Shown: piece after piece, positions 28,971 through 39,199 of the stretch | Position numbering within the stretch: position 1 is the first letter of the stretch | How the letters are laid out: each line of letters opens with the position of its first letter | From: Candidatus Eiseniibacteriota bacterium | GTDB lineage: Bacteria; Eisenbacteria; RBG-16-71-46; SZUA-252 | Assembly: GCA_963703225.1 (NCBI GenBank) | Contig: OY969801.1 | Span: 393,701 to 457,700 of the forward strand | Direction: 5' to 3' | DNA length: 64,000 nt | Notes under the pieces: model-generated | Told to the model about the DNA's origin: nothing | The model's input: only the letters and a program-made list of their open reading frames with translations | Databases searched by the model: none | Program-made: the position numbers and the translations under genes

Positions 28971-30326
28971 ATGCGGCTTCCCGATCTCCTCGCGTCCCGC
29001 CGCGGGCGCCTGGCAGCCTTCTTCCTGCTCTATCTCACCGAGGGACTCCCCTCGGGATTCACGGGGACCGCCGTCGCGACCCAGATGCGCCGGCAGGGGC
29101 TGGAGCCCGCGGTCATTGGTTCGTTCGTCGGGCTTCTCTACATCCCATGGGCGGTGAAGTGGGCGTTCGGCCCCTTCGTGGACGTGCTCTCGAGCGACCG
29201 GTGGGGAAGGAGGCGCCTATGGATCCTCCTGACCCAGACGATGATGGCGGTGACGATCCTCGCCGCGATGCTGGTGAGCTTCAAGAGTCAGCTCTGGCTC
29301 TTCACCGCGATCATCCTGGCCCACAACGTATTCAGCGCCACCCAGGACGTGGCGATCGACGCCCTCGCGGTGGACGTGCTATCCGCCGACGAGCGCGGCC
29401 TCGCGAATGGGCTCATGTTCGGCGGGAACTTCATCGGTATCGCACTCGGTGGGTCGGGGGTGCTCATGTTGACGCCGCTCCTCGGTTTCAAGTCGACGTT
29501 TCTGATCGTCGCCGGGGCGATCGCGTTGGTCACGCTCCTGGTGCCGGTACCGATGCACGAGCCGGCAGGACCTGCACGGGAGAAAGTCGTTGGCTCTCGA
29601 ATCGCCGCCGCGGGGAAGAAGATCGGCGGCTTTCTTCGCGATACGGGGCGCGCCTTCGTGGGAAGCCGGGCCGCGTTCGTCGCCATTTTCCTGGCGCTCT
29701 TGCCGTTTGGCGGGTACGCCCTCTCGCTCTCCCTGCAGTCGAACCTGGCGGTCGAGCTGGGCCTCGACGACCGGCATATCGGCATCCTCGGGCTAGCAAG
29801 CTCGGCGCTTTCCGCCGGGTTCTGCATCTTCGGCGGCTGGCTCTCCGATCGGTTCGGACGGCGCCGCACGCTGGCGCTCTTCATCTTCGGCACCACGCTC
29901 CCGACCTTTGCCATGGCGCTTCTGATGCAGCACTTCGCCTGGATCATGCCGGTCAATCCACTGTCCTTCCATCGCCCCGCCGTGCCCACGGATCTCGTGG
30001 CGTACTTCTGGGCGATGACGCTGATCTACTCCGTGTTCTCGGGACTGATGTACGGGGTGGGCACCGCGATCTTCATGGACGTCACGACGCCCCGCGTCGC
30101 GGCGACGCAGTTCACGGCCTACATGGCCTTGAACAATCTCGTCTACTCGTATTCTTCCGCGTGGCAGGGGCAGAGCTTGCAGCGCTGGGGCTATCCGATA
30201 ACTCTCACGCTGGACGGGGCTTTCGGTCTGGTCTGTCTCCTCTGTCTCCCGTTCATGGGGCCGAAGCGCCACGCGGAGCCCCCACCGCCGGGCGCCACGA
30301 TTCCCGAGCGGGAGCCAATCAGGTAA
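28971..30326 (+). CDS. ampG: AmpG-family MFS permease
   Basis: LYLTEGLPSGF, PWAVKWAFGPFVD, GRRRLW, SATQDVAIDA, ATQFT. Confidence 0.8.
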   Translation: MRLPDLLASRRGRLAAFFLLYLTEGLPSGFTGTAVATQMRRQGLEPAVIGSFVGLLYIPWAVKWAFGPFVDVLSSDRWGRRRLWILLTQTMMAVTILAAMLVSFKSQLWLFTAIILAHNVFSATQDVAIDALAVDVLSADERGLANGLMFGGNFIGIALGGSGVLMLTPLLGFKSTFLIVAGAIALVTLLVPVPMHEPAGPAREKVVGSRIAAAGKKIGGFLRDTGRAFVGSRAAFVAIFLALLPFGGYALSLSLQSNLAVELGLDDRHIGILGLASSALSAGFCIFGGWLSDRFGRRRTLALFIFGTTLPTFAMALLMQHFAWIMPVNPLSFHRPAVPTDLVAYFWAMTLIYSVFSGLMYGVGTAIFMDVTTPRVAATQFTAYMALNNLVYSYSSAWQGQSLQRWGYPITLTLDGAFGLVCLLCLPFMGPKRHAEPPPPGATIPEREPIR

Positions 30327-30377
30327 GTCCCGGCCTCGGCACCCACATCCAGGCAGCCAGCGGGTCCTGCTGCCGCC

Positions 30378-30485
30378 GGGGCGATCTATTTTGGAACGAC
30401 CCGCGCCCAATATTCACTCGATTCGGAGGGGCGGATTTACGTCAAGACCGGTTCGAACGCCATTACTTGCTTTCGATTCGAGTGA
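30378..30485 (+). pseudogene. Start-less gene remnant (beta-propeller/NHL-like C-terminus)
   Basis: Manual translation GAIYFGTTRAQYSLDSEGRIYVKTGSNAITCFRFE*; no start codon after the ampG stop. Confidence 0.3.
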
Positions 30486-30623
30486 CACCGGGTGGCGCGT
30501 GTGCCACTCGTCGAAATGTCGATCGAGTAGCCGCGGGGATCCGCACCGATCCGCAGGTGTCCGTGCCGGCTCCATCGGTACCAGCCGGGCCGCGACCGCG
30601 ACGGCGCTCCCGGCCCCGTTCGC

Positions 30624-31418
30624 TCAGGGAATCCGCATCGTCACGCCCGGCCGCACGAGCCACGCCTGATTGTTGTCGTAGCTAAGCCCGAGGGAGAGGA
30701 GAAAACTTGGAGCCGGGCGAAATCCCATCCCGAGCGTGCCAACAAGTTCACCGCCGGCCGCCTCAGCGATGACCGCATTCGTCGCCGACGGGCTGTCTCC
30801 AGCCTCAGGCGAAGAGGACGTGTTGCCCAGAACTTCCCCATAGAGCTCGACGCGCTCGCTGAGGAAGTATTCGCTCGCCAACGCTCCGCTCACAATGTTG
30901 TTCAGATTCGTGCCCGGGGGGTTCCCGAGGATGGTGTACCCCAAGTTTGCGTGCGCATCGATCCGGCCGATCCTCTTGCTTCCGATCAGATACCCGGTGT
31001 AATCGGTCTGGTCGGTACCGATCAGCAGGCTCTCGCTCGTCGGAAACTTGATCTCGAAGGCCACGGCGATGGCTGGCATCCCGCCCCGTTCACCTCGCAC
31101 CAAAGCTAACGCGGTCGCCTCCAGGTCGCCCGCGCCGGTCGTGTGTGGCCCCGTATTAGGACGGATGGCGGTGTACGCGACGGGCTCCACCAGGAGGGAG
31201 AGGCCGTCGCTGACCCCCCACTCCGCCGCGAGGGGCAAGGCACGCTCCGTGCCTTCGCGGGACGTCTGGAATTCGTATGCGGTGTCGAGCTCGTAGGTTC
31301 CGGCGCGCAAAAACCGCGCCGTCTCCGTCTCCAAGATCTGGGCGCCCGCTGGAAGCGCCGGCACGCCCCAGAGAGCGATCGAAAGCAGCAACGCGACGCT
31401 CATTATCGGCACCCTCAC
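30624..31418 (-). CDS. Outer-membrane beta-barrel transporter-like protein
   Basis: RBS GAGGAG; signal peptide; GAGDL...EIKFPT...HANLGY; alternating beta-strand pattern. Confidence 0.7.
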   Translation of the reverse strand: MRVPIMSVALLLSIALWGVPALPAGAQILETETARFLRAGTYELDTAYEFQTSREGTERALPLAAEWGVSDGLSLLVEPVAYTAIRPNTGPHTTGAGDLEATALALVRGERGGMPAIAVAFEIKFPTSESLLIGTDQTDYTGYLIGSKRIGRIDAHANLGYTILGNPPGTNLNNIVSGALASEYFLSERVELYGEVLGNTSSSPEAGDSPSATNAVIAEAAGGELVGTLGMGFRPAPSFLLSLGLSYDNNQAWLVRPGVTMRIP

Positions 31419-31628
31419 GGTCTCCTCCTCAGTCTTGTCGATGGGCTACCCACGAACCTCACCGCTCTGGGCCAGCGCGCAGAGTCTTACACCCAGTTCT
31501 CCTCGACGCCACCTTCTCACTCGCTCTTGTTCAGGTCTCGTTCGGGCCACGGTCCGAATCTCCGGGCCGGGCCAAGGAACCAAAGCGCGGCTCGGCTGTG
31601 TTACGCCCTTGGGAGGAAGCGTGCTGTG

Positions 31629-32243
31629 ATGCTGGCGAGGATCTGCGCGATGGTGGTTCTCTTCGGAGCGTTTCTCGGGACTCATGCCCGGGCGCGCGAG
31701 GCGCAGCCCGTCCGGTCGAGTGCGGAGAGATCCTCCAATGCCGGGACGTTCGAGTTCGGCCCTTCCGCAGTGGACGGCATCGGCGGCTGGAAGCTGTTCA
31801 TGGGCGAGTCGAACACCGACACGCTGCAGGCGTCCCGACAAGACGTCTTCGCCGCCGCCGAACAAGCACTCGAGAGCGACGGTTGGAGGGTCCAGCTCTC
31901 CGACACAACCACGGGTCGGATCGTTACGTACTGGAAGCCTCTCCACCACATCCTCGTGCGATTGTTCGCCGGCGGTGTGAGAGCCCGCTGTTTCGTGGCG
32001 GTCTCCACGATCGGCACCCGTTCCTCGGTTGCATTTCAGGCCGGGCTCGCCTCCAAGCACACCCTGGAAGGGAATCCCATGCTCGCACTCGCCCGCCACG
32101 CCTATCGTTCCGCGGCGCGGGACTGGCACAGCGAAGTTCGGCAATACGTCGCGGCAGGAGCCGCATCCGCGATCCCAGCGGCGCTGGTTGCATGCCCAAC
32201 GACCCAATCGTCCGAGCCGCCTCCGCCTCGTGAGGCTCAATGA
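31629..32243 (+). CDS. Hypothetical exported protein
   Basis: Signal-like N-terminus; ATGA overlap with the GT2 gene. Confidence 0.6.
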   Translation: MLARICAMVVLFGAFLGTHARAREAQPVRSSAERSSNAGTFEFGPSAVDGIGGWKLFMGESNTDTLQASRQDVFAAAEQALESDGWRVQLSDTTTGRIVTYWKPLHHILVRLFAGGVRARCFVAVSTIGTRSSVAFQAGLASKHTLEGNPMLALARHAYRSAARDWHSEVRQYVAAGAASAIPAALVACPTTQSSEPPPPREAQ

Positions 32244-33751
32244 GGGTCAGCGTGGTTGTGCCCGCGTGGAACGAGGAGGTTCTACTGTCTGCCTGCCTGC
32301 GGGCGCTGCGCTGCCAGGACTTCAAGGGTGAGGTTGAAGTGATCGTGGTGGACAACGCCAGCACCGACCTCACCGGCTCGATCGCGGAACAGGAGGGCGT
32401 CATCGTTGTCTTCGAGGCGGCGCGGGGCTACGCGAATGCGATCGCGCGGGGATTCGCGATGGCGACCGGCGAAATCATCGCGAGTACTGACGCCGACACG
32501 GTCGTTCCGCCCGACTGGCTCTCTCGCCTCGTCGAAGCCTACCGGGCGGATGTCGTCGCGGTGGGCGGCGAGATCGAATTTTGGCGGCCCAACTGGAGGG
32601 CCCGACTTCTTACGAGAGGTCTGTTGCCCTGGCTCAATCGCATCGATCGGAGGAATCCCCTGGGGCCCCATCTATGGGGGGCGAACTTTTCCGTGCGCCG
32701 CAGCGCCTATCTCGCCGCGGGCGGCTGGAACCCAAATTTCAACCTGCAGACCGACACAGAGTTCTCGGAGCGCCTGCGGCGATTCGGGCGCGTTCTGCTC
32801 CTCGAGGATCTAGCCGTCCGCACCTCCTGCCGTCGCTGGAATCGGGCGCTCGCCGTGAGCTGCTTTCTCTATGCCACGAACTTCATCTCGCTCGAGCTCA
32901 GGAAGCGCCCGCTATGGTGGGGCTTCCCGGACATCCGTGAGGGCGTCGGATCGGTCGGGGCAGGGCTGCACGGAGGGTCGCGGGCTCGGGCGTGGCCGAG
33001 GGTGCGCGCTTGGTCCGTGGCCGCGCTGGTCGTGTTCGTGGCTTGCTTTGGCGTCTACGATGCGGTCTCGCCCTGGTCGAACGCGTTCGGCATCACCCAC
33101 TGGAATGGCGCCACCGACGAAAAAGTCGTGGCGCTCACCTTCGACGACGGCCCGAATGAGCCGTACACCTCCCAGGTGCTCCGGATACTCAACCGGGAGA
33201 ATGTCCATGCCACCTTCTTTCTCATCGGGGCGAACGTCCGGCGCGATCGGGATAGCGCCGCGCGCATCGTCGAAGATGGGCACGTTGTCGGGAACCACAC
33301 GGATAGGCACCGCGTGGGATTCGCGTTCGAGCCTTGGGCCAAGCTCACCGCGGATCTCGATCGCGCGGAAACAACCATTCACGACGCCACGGGCGTCTAT
33401 CCGCGGCTCTTTCGACCTCCGCAGGGAGTCCGATCCCCATGGCTCATGAGCGCGACGATTCGCGAATCCCTGATCACGGTCACCTGGGACGATGCCCCCC
33501 GAGATTGGGAGCCGCTGCCTGCTCGCGCTCTCGAGGACTTGACCGTTGCCCAGGCGCACCCCGGCTCGATCATCCTGCTGCACGATGGATTGAACTTGGC
33601 CCCGTCGGCTGACCGGAGCGCCACGATCACGGCGCTTCCCGGCATAATCCGAAGGCTCCGCGCCATGGGGTATCGGTTCGTTACTGTGCCGGAGCTCCTC
33701 CATACCCGGCCTTTTCTGTCGGGGTGGCCCCGGAGGGCCCCTCGAGACTGA
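32240..33751 (+). CDS. GT2 glycosyltransferase fused to NodB/CE4 polysaccharide deacetylase
   Basis: VSVVVPAWNEE, VVDNASTD, STDAD, GANFSVRR; TM; ALTFDDGP, ATFF, GNHT, FRPPQG, IILLHDG. Confidence 0.9.
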   Translation: MRVSVVVPAWNEEVLLSACLRALRCQDFKGEVEVIVVDNASTDLTGSIAEQEGVIVVFEAARGYANAIARGFAMATGEIIASTDADTVVPPDWLSRLVEAYRADVVAVGGEIEFWRPNWRARLLTRGLLPWLNRIDRRNPLGPHLWGANFSVRRSAYLAAGGWNPNFNLQTDTEFSERLRRFGRVLLLEDLAVRTSCRRWNRALAVSCFLYATNFISLELRKRPLWWGFPDIREGVGSVGAGLHGGSRARAWPRVRAWSVAALVVFVACFGVYDAVSPWSNAFGITHWNGATDEKVVALTFDDGPNEPYTSQVLRILNRENVHATFFLIGANVRRDRDSAARIVEDGHVVGNHTDRHRVGFAFEPWAKLTADLDRAETTIHDATGVYPRLFRPPQGVRSPWLMSATIRESLITVTWDDAPRDWEPLPARALEDLTVAQAHPGSIILLHDGLNLAPSADRSATITALPGIIRRLRAMGYRFVTVPELLHTRPFLSGWPRRAPRD

Positions 33752-33777
33752 CCATTCTCGTTTAGGTTCTGTTCGGT

Positions 33778-35187
33778 TTGGCTGTCGATGATGCTCGGGT
33801 GCGACGAATCGGCCCCCATTCCAACCGACGGCGCCTGGGCCAAAGCGGTATCGCCTCTGGTGTTGCCGTGACCGCGCTGCTTCTCGCGTCGATCGCGGCG
33901 CTCCTTCCCGCCCGAACCGCTCGCGGCGAAACGTCACTGGACTCGATCTCGGTCGAGGAATGCGTGGTCTGGGCCATGAAGGTCGCTCCCACGGTGCGTG
34001 CAGCCGAGGAGGACCGCACCGCGGCTTCCTTCGATTCCCTCGCCGCAACCCGGAACCGGCGACCCGCGTTTGGCTTCGGTGGGGACGCAGTCATCGCCCC
34101 GGAAGGGTTTTACGACCCCGCGATTACCAACCTGGGCCAATATGACCTGAAGATTGGGGCCACGATGCCGCTGCTGGACGGCGGCACCCGATCGCGGGAC
34201 CGCGCCCGCGGGGCATTGGGCGCCGGAGCCGCCGAGGCCGACCTCGATCGTGCCCGCCGCGATGCGGCCATCGCCGCAGCCACCGCCGCGCTGGATCTCG
34301 TGAGACTTCGCGAATTGGACCGAGCGGGGGTCGAAACGTCGATCTGGCTGGCCGAGTTGGAGGACCTGATCACGGCGGGTGTGCGCGCCGGGACGCGCGG
34401 CCGGGGAGATGCCCTGCGTGTGGCGTTGGAGCGCGATGGCGTGGTGACGTTTCTCGCAAACACCCGGCTGCTTTCGGGCGAGCGCGTGCGCGAGCTGGGC
34501 TCCCTCCTGGCGAGCGTCCGCGACAGCGTGCCTCCCGTCCGTGATCCGAGCCCCGAAACCGACCGCGCTCCGACAGAGGGTGATTCAATGGCGATCTTGA
34601 CCGCGGCCGACCACGCTCCCGAGGTTCGGTCGGCGGCACTGGCGGCTGCCGAGCGGGATCTCTCGCTCTCCGATGCTCAGCGTCGGAACAGCCCGCGCGT
34701 GGACCTGGCGGTCGACGCGGGACTCTCAGGCTCGGACCTCACGACTCTCGTGCCGCCCAGCGTCAAGGCGACCTATCCCGATGCGGATTTCGGAGATCGA
34801 TTGCGTCGCGATCTCGGCGCCTCGCTCGCCCTTGTCTTTCGAATCCCATTTTGGGATACCGCCGCGGCGCCAGGGACCGCGGCGAGACAGGCCTCCATGC
34901 GCGCTTCCGGTCTCCGGCTCAACGCCATCCGTGGCGAGCAGTATCGCCTCGCCCTCGACCTGCTGGCGCGCTGGCGCGAGGGTTCGACCCGGTTGCGGGC
35001 CTGCCAGGCCACCGTGCAGCGCGCCGAGGAGCACGTGCTCCGCTCCAAGAGCCTTTATGCCGCCGGCGCGTTGACGCTGATGGAGCTGCTCGACGCGAGG
35101 CGAAGCTTTGATGAGGCGCGCCAACGGCTCACCGACGCGCGATTCGAGAGTCGAATCGCGCGATTCGAGGTGGAGGTCCGGCGATGA
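33778..35187 (+). CDS. TolC family outer-membrane efflux protein
   Basis: Helical OEP repeats, YAAGALTLMELLDARR; upstream of MFP and RND genes. Start uncertain. Confidence 0.85.
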   Translation: MAVDDARVRRIGPHSNRRRLGQSGIASGVAVTALLLASIAALLPARTARGETSLDSISVEECVVWAMKVAPTVRAAEEDRTAASFDSLAATRNRRPAFGFGGDAVIAPEGFYDPAITNLGQYDLKIGATMPLLDGGTRSRDRARGALGAGAAEADLDRARRDAAIAAATAALDLVRLRELDRAGVETSIWLAELEDLITAGVRAGTRGRGDALRVALERDGVVTFLANTRLLSGERVRELGSLLASVRDSVPPVRDPSPETDRAPTEGDSMAILTAADHAPEVRSAALAAAERDLSLSDAQRRNSPRVDLAVDAGLSGSDLTTLVPPSVKATYPDADFGDRLRRDLGASLALVFRIPFWDTAAAPGTAARQASMRASGLRLNAIRGEQYRLALDLLARWREGSTRLRACQATVQRAEEHVLRSKSLYAAGALTLMELLDARRSFDEARQRLTDARFESRIARFEVEVRR

Positions 35188-36173
35188 GTGAGCGAAGACT
35201 CCGATCCGCGATCGTGGTTGTGCTATCGATCGCGATCACATGCGGCTGCTCGGCGCGCCACGAAAGCGAGGGCGGCTCGGAGTCCGACGCGAAGCCGGTT
35301 GTGGCGGTTCGGGTGGGTTCGGTCGAAGTCCGCGCCTTCGAAGACCTCGTGATCGCCCCGGGACAGTGGGGTTCGAGCGGGGAGATGGTGCTCTCGGCTC
35401 CCTTCACCGCGCTCGTCGATTCCCTCACGCCACACGTGGGCGATCCCGTTCGCTCCGGGATGACCTACGGGTGGCTGATCACCAGGGAGTCGCAGGCAGC
35501 GGTGCGCGGCGCGGAGCTCTTGCTCCTCCAGGCGAGGGATGGTGCGGCCCGCGAGGAAGCTTCGCGCTCACTCCGCCTCGCGCGACGAGACCTGGTTCGC
35601 GTCCCTCTGATCGCGCCCAAGGACGGCGTTGTCGTGCGCCGGGGCCTAGAAATGGGGTCCCAAGTCGCCGAGGGGGGCGAGATTCTCGCGATCGTCCCGT
35701 GGGACGCCATCGTATTCGAGGCGCACGTGCCGGTCTTGGATGTGGCGCGGCTGCGCCAGGGACAACTCGCGACGATCGCCGAGGCGGGAAGATCTCCGTG
35801 CCCGGCGACCCTCCAGCGGCTGTTGCCTGCGGCGAGCGCGAGCGACCAAACGACGCTGGCCTGGCTGACGCCGCGCCCTGGAGAGCCCCTCCCCGAGCTC
35901 GGCCGGTTCGGAACGGCGACCATCGTCGTGGGCCCGGCGAGGCGCGCCATCGCCGTCCCCGAATCGGCGCTCGTCGAAGACGACCTGACGGGGACCACCC
36001 GGATCGCGGTCATCGGAGCCAGCCATCGGGCGCTCTGGCTCGGGGTGACCCCGGGAGTGGGCGCCGAGGGTTGGCGTGAGATCGAGGCGCCGAAGCTGGA
36101 CCCCGGCACGAAGGTGATCTTGGAAGGGCAGCATGGGCTCCCGGATAGCACGCTTGTCCGGATGATGCCGTGA
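35184..36173 (+). CDS. RND efflux periplasmic adaptor (MFP), lipoprotein
   Basis: ITCGC lipobox; LIAPKDGVV...VAEG; AVPESAL; VILEGQHGL. Confidence 0.88.
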   Translation: MSERRLRSAIVVVLSIAITCGCSARHESEGGSESDAKPVVAVRVGSVEVRAFEDLVIAPGQWGSSGEMVLSAPFTALVDSLTPHVGDPVRSGMTYGWLITRESQAAVRGAELLLLQARDGAAREEASRSLRLARRDLVRVPLIAPKDGVVVRRGLEMGSQVAEGGEILAIVPWDAIVFEAHVPVLDVARLRQGQLATIAEAGRSPCPATLQRLLPAASASDQTTLAWLTPRPGEPLPELGRFGTATIVVGPARRAIAVPESALVEDDLTGTTRIAVIGASHRALWLGVTPGVGAEGWREIEAPKLDPGTKVILEGQHGLPDSTLVRMMP

Positions 36174-39100
36174 ACCGGCTGTTCGAAGGATTACGGGTCC
36201 AGCGCCGAGCCCTGCTCTACGGGTTGTCGGGCCTAGCCGCGCTTGGGGTCGCCGCGGCATGGCGCCTGCCCACGGCAATTCTGCCCGCGGTGACCTTTCC
36301 GCGCATCGCGGTGATCGCCGAGAGCGGCGAACGTCCCGGCGAAGAAATGCTCCGGGTGGTCACCCGGCCCCTGGAAGACGCCTTTCGACAGGTGCCGGGC
36401 GTCCGCGAGATGCGCTCGATCACAAGCCGCGGCTCGACCGAGATCAACCTCGATTGCATCTGGAATTCGAACATGGACCTCGCACTCCAGCGTGTCCAGG
36501 GGCGGGTCGAGGCCGTTCGGGAGCGTCTCCCTCAGGGTACTTCAGTCGAGGCGCGCCTGATGAACCCGGCGCTATTTCCGGTGCTCGGCCTTTCGCTCAC
36601 CTCCAAGACGCGCTCCCTCGCGGAGCTTCGTGACGTGGCCGTGATGATGATCCGGCCCGCGCTGGCGCGGCTGCCCGGTGCGGCGGAGATTGTGGTCCAG
36701 GGTGGACGTCGTCTGGAGGCGCGCGTCACGCTCGACCCGACGGCTCTTGAATCGCGCGGCTTGGATGCGGCCACCGTCGCCGATGTCCTCAAGCGTGCCG
36801 GAGAAATCCGATCGGTGGGCCTCCTCGACGCCAACCGGCAGCTCTACCTCGGCCTCGTGGACGCGCGCCCACCAGATCTCGCCTCGCTCCGAGCCATCCC
36901 CATTCCGGTCGCCGGCGGACCGCCCGTTCCCCTGGGAGATCTCGGGCGCGTGAGCCTCGAGGAAGTCCCAGAGTTCACGCGCTTCGCCGCTCAGTCGCGG
37001 GAGGCCGTCTTGGTCAGCATTCTCCGGCAGCCCACAGCCAGCACGATTGGCCTCGCGAACCAGGTGCGCCGCTGGCTCGCGGAGAGCGGCGCGGTCTTAC
37101 CCGCCGACGTCCATGTCGAGACCTTTTACGACCAGTCCGATCTCGTGCGCGCTTCCATCGGCAGCGTGGGAGACAGTCTGCTGATCGGGGCGCTGATGGC
37201 CATCCTGGCGCTCTCGTTGTTCCTCGGCAGCGTGCGCCTAGGGCTGGCGGGTGCCGTTCTGCTGCCCGGGAGCATCGTGCTGACGCTCTTGGGGCTGGCC
37301 CTGATGGGTCAGTCGCTCAACATGATGACGTTGGGGGGGATCGCCGCCGCGGTGGGGCTCGTCCTCGACGACGCGGTCGTTGTGCTCGAGCACCTGGCGC
37401 ATCGCGCGGCTCCGAATCCGGCGGCGCTCGATGTTTCGGCGGCGATGGCGGAGATATTCCCCTCGCTCCTCGGATCGAGCCTCTGCACGATCGTGATCTT
37501 CCTCCCGTTCATGTACCTCGACGGCGTGGCGGGGGCGTTCTTTCGGGTCCTCGCGCTCACCATGACGCTGATGCTGGGTTCCTCGCTTCTACTCTGCATC
37601 ACGGCGATTCCTCTCCTGGCGCGGCCGAAGCCAGAGCCCACGCTCGGCAGCCGTCGCACGGCCTCATGGTTTGCGCAATCGATCCAGTACGCCGTTGACC
37701 ACCCGTGGGTCGCCGTCGTGCCGGCGTGCATTCTCATCGCGTCCGTCCTGCCGCTGCGGGGGTCCCTGGGAACCGGCTTCCTGCCGGACATGGACGAAGG
37801 ATCTCTCATCATGGATTTCTACTCGCCGGCGGGGACATCGATCCAGGAGACCGACCGGATCCTCACCGAGGTCGAGCGCGAGATTTCCGCCACGCCGGAG
37901 ATCGAGGCGTGGTCGCGCCGCACGGGCGAGCAACTCGGCTTTTTCATCACCGAGCCGAACCACGGCGACTATGTGCTCCGCCTGCGTCCGAGGCGCGGGC
38001 GATCGGCCAATGAGATCGCCGACGACCTCCGGCGCCGAATCACGCATTCGCAGGCGGCGCTCCGGGTCGAATTCGGGCAACTCGTCGAAGACGTGATCGG
38101 CGATCTGACGACCAGTCCGCAGCCGATCGAGATGAGAATATTCAGCGAAGATCGGGGTTTCCTTGCGGCGAAGGCGCGCCAGGCGGCCGAGCTCATCTCG
38201 GGCGTTCGCGGCGTCGTGGACATCAACGATGGCCTCGTGGTGAGCGGGCCCGACATTTCCATCCTTCCCGGCCCCGGTGCGTTCCGCCTCGGGCTCGACG
38301 CGGACGGCCTTGCCCGCTCTGTCAGGTCGACGATCGAGGGGCTCGAGGCGGGCCAAATCGTCCGGGGAGTGCGCGCCTGGCCGGTGCGCGTCGTCCTTCC
38401 GGTGCCGCGCGGCATGACGCCGGCCGACGCGCTGGCGGCAGTCCGGATCCCGGTGGCGTCCCGCCATTGGGTGCCGCTTGGCGACCTCGCCACACTCCGG
38501 GTCGATCCCGGTGAGATCGAGATCGCGCGGGACGACCAGCGTACGATGGCGTCGGTAACGGCGCGGCTCTCCGGCCGCGACACAGGATCCGCGGTGGCGG
38601 AGATTCAGGGAGTCCTGCGGCGCAATCTGGCCCTTCCTCCGGATGCGTCGATTCGGTTCGGCGGCCTCTGGGCGGAGCAGCAGTCTTCCTTTCAGGGGCT
38701 CGCGGCGGTCCTCCTCGGCGCGGGCATCGCGGTCGTCCTCGTCATGATCGTGGGGTTTCGCTCCTGGAAGCAAACGGGCGCGGTGGTCGTGGTGCTCCTG
38801 GCTTCGCTCGCCGGAGTCTTTCTCGGGCTGCACGCGGCCGGTGCCACGTTCAACATATCCAGTTTTGTCGGAGCTATCATGATGGTGGGTGTGGTGGCGG
38901 AGAACGCGTACTTCTTGGTCGCGAGCCACCGCTCCGCGCTGCAAGCGGGCGCGACGCCCGCCGAGGCCGCGGTCATCGCGGCGCGGCGTCGGGCGCGTCC
39001 GGTGCTCATGACCACGGCGGCGGGTGTGGCCGCGCTGGCGCCTCTGGCGATCGGGTTCGGGGCGGGAAGCGCTCTTCTCCAGCCACTCGCCATCGCGGTC

Positions 39101-39190
39101 GTGGGCGGGTTCCTGAATTCGGCTCCGCTGCTGTTGCTCCTGCTACCCGCGCTGCTCGCCCGATGCGGCGAGATTCGCGAGAGGCCCTGA
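36170..39190 (+). CDS. RND efflux permease (AcrB/CusA family)
   Basis: About 1000 aa; LNMMTLGGIAAAVGLVLDDAVVVLE; RARPVLMTT; LQPLAIAVVGG. Confidence 0.93.
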   Translation: MNRLFEGLRVQRRALLYGLSGLAALGVAAAWRLPTAILPAVTFPRIAVIAESGERPGEEMLRVVTRPLEDAFRQVPGVREMRSITSRGSTEINLDCIWNSNMDLALQRVQGRVEAVRERLPQGTSVEARLMNPALFPVLGLSLTSKTRSLAELRDVAVMMIRPALARLPGAAEIVVQGGRRLEARVTLDPTALESRGLDAATVADVLKRAGEIRSVGLLDANRQLYLGLVDARPPDLASLRAIPIPVAGGPPVPLGDLGRVSLEEVPEFTRFAAQSREAVLVSILRQPTASTIGLANQVRRWLAESGAVLPADVHVETFYDQSDLVRASIGSVGDSLLIGALMAILALSLFLGSVRLGLAGAVLLPGSIVLTLLGLALMGQSLNMMTLGGIAAAVGLVLDDAVVVLEHLAHRAAPNPAALDVSAAMAEIFPSLLGSSLCTIVIFLPFMYLDGVAGAFFRVLALTMTLMLGSSLLLCITAIPLLARPKPEPTLGSRRTASWFAQSIQYAVDHPWVAVVPACILIASVLPLRGSLGTGFLPDMDEGSLIMDFYSPAGTSIQETDRILTEVEREISATPEIEAWSRRTGEQLGFFITEPNHGDYVLRLRPRRGRSANEIADDLRRRITHSQAALRVEFGQLVEDVIGDLTTSPQPIEMRIFSEDRGFLAAKARQAAELISGVRGVVDINDGLVVSGPDISILPGPGAFRLGLDADGLARSVRSTIEGLEAGQIVRGVRAWPVRVVLPVPRGMTPADALAAVRIPVASRHWVPLGDLATLRVDPGEIEIARDDQRTMASVTARLSGRDTGSAVAEIQGVLRRNLALPPDASIRFGGLWAEQQSSFQGLAAVLLGAGIAVVLVMIVGFRSWKQTGAVVVVLLASLAGVFLGLHAAGATFNISSFVGAIMMVGVVAENAYFLVASHRSALQAGATPAEAAVIAARRRARPVLMTTAAGVAALAPLAIGFGAGSALLQPLAIAVVGGFLNSAPLLLLLLPALLARCGEIRERP

Positions 39191-39199
39191 GGCGCCACG

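Noticed and set aside
30414-30485. Inverted repeat TCACTCGA...TCGAGTGA as an attC site or MITE
   Set aside because: Lacks RYYYAAC/GTTRRRY ends and a target duplication; short match in GC-rich DNA.
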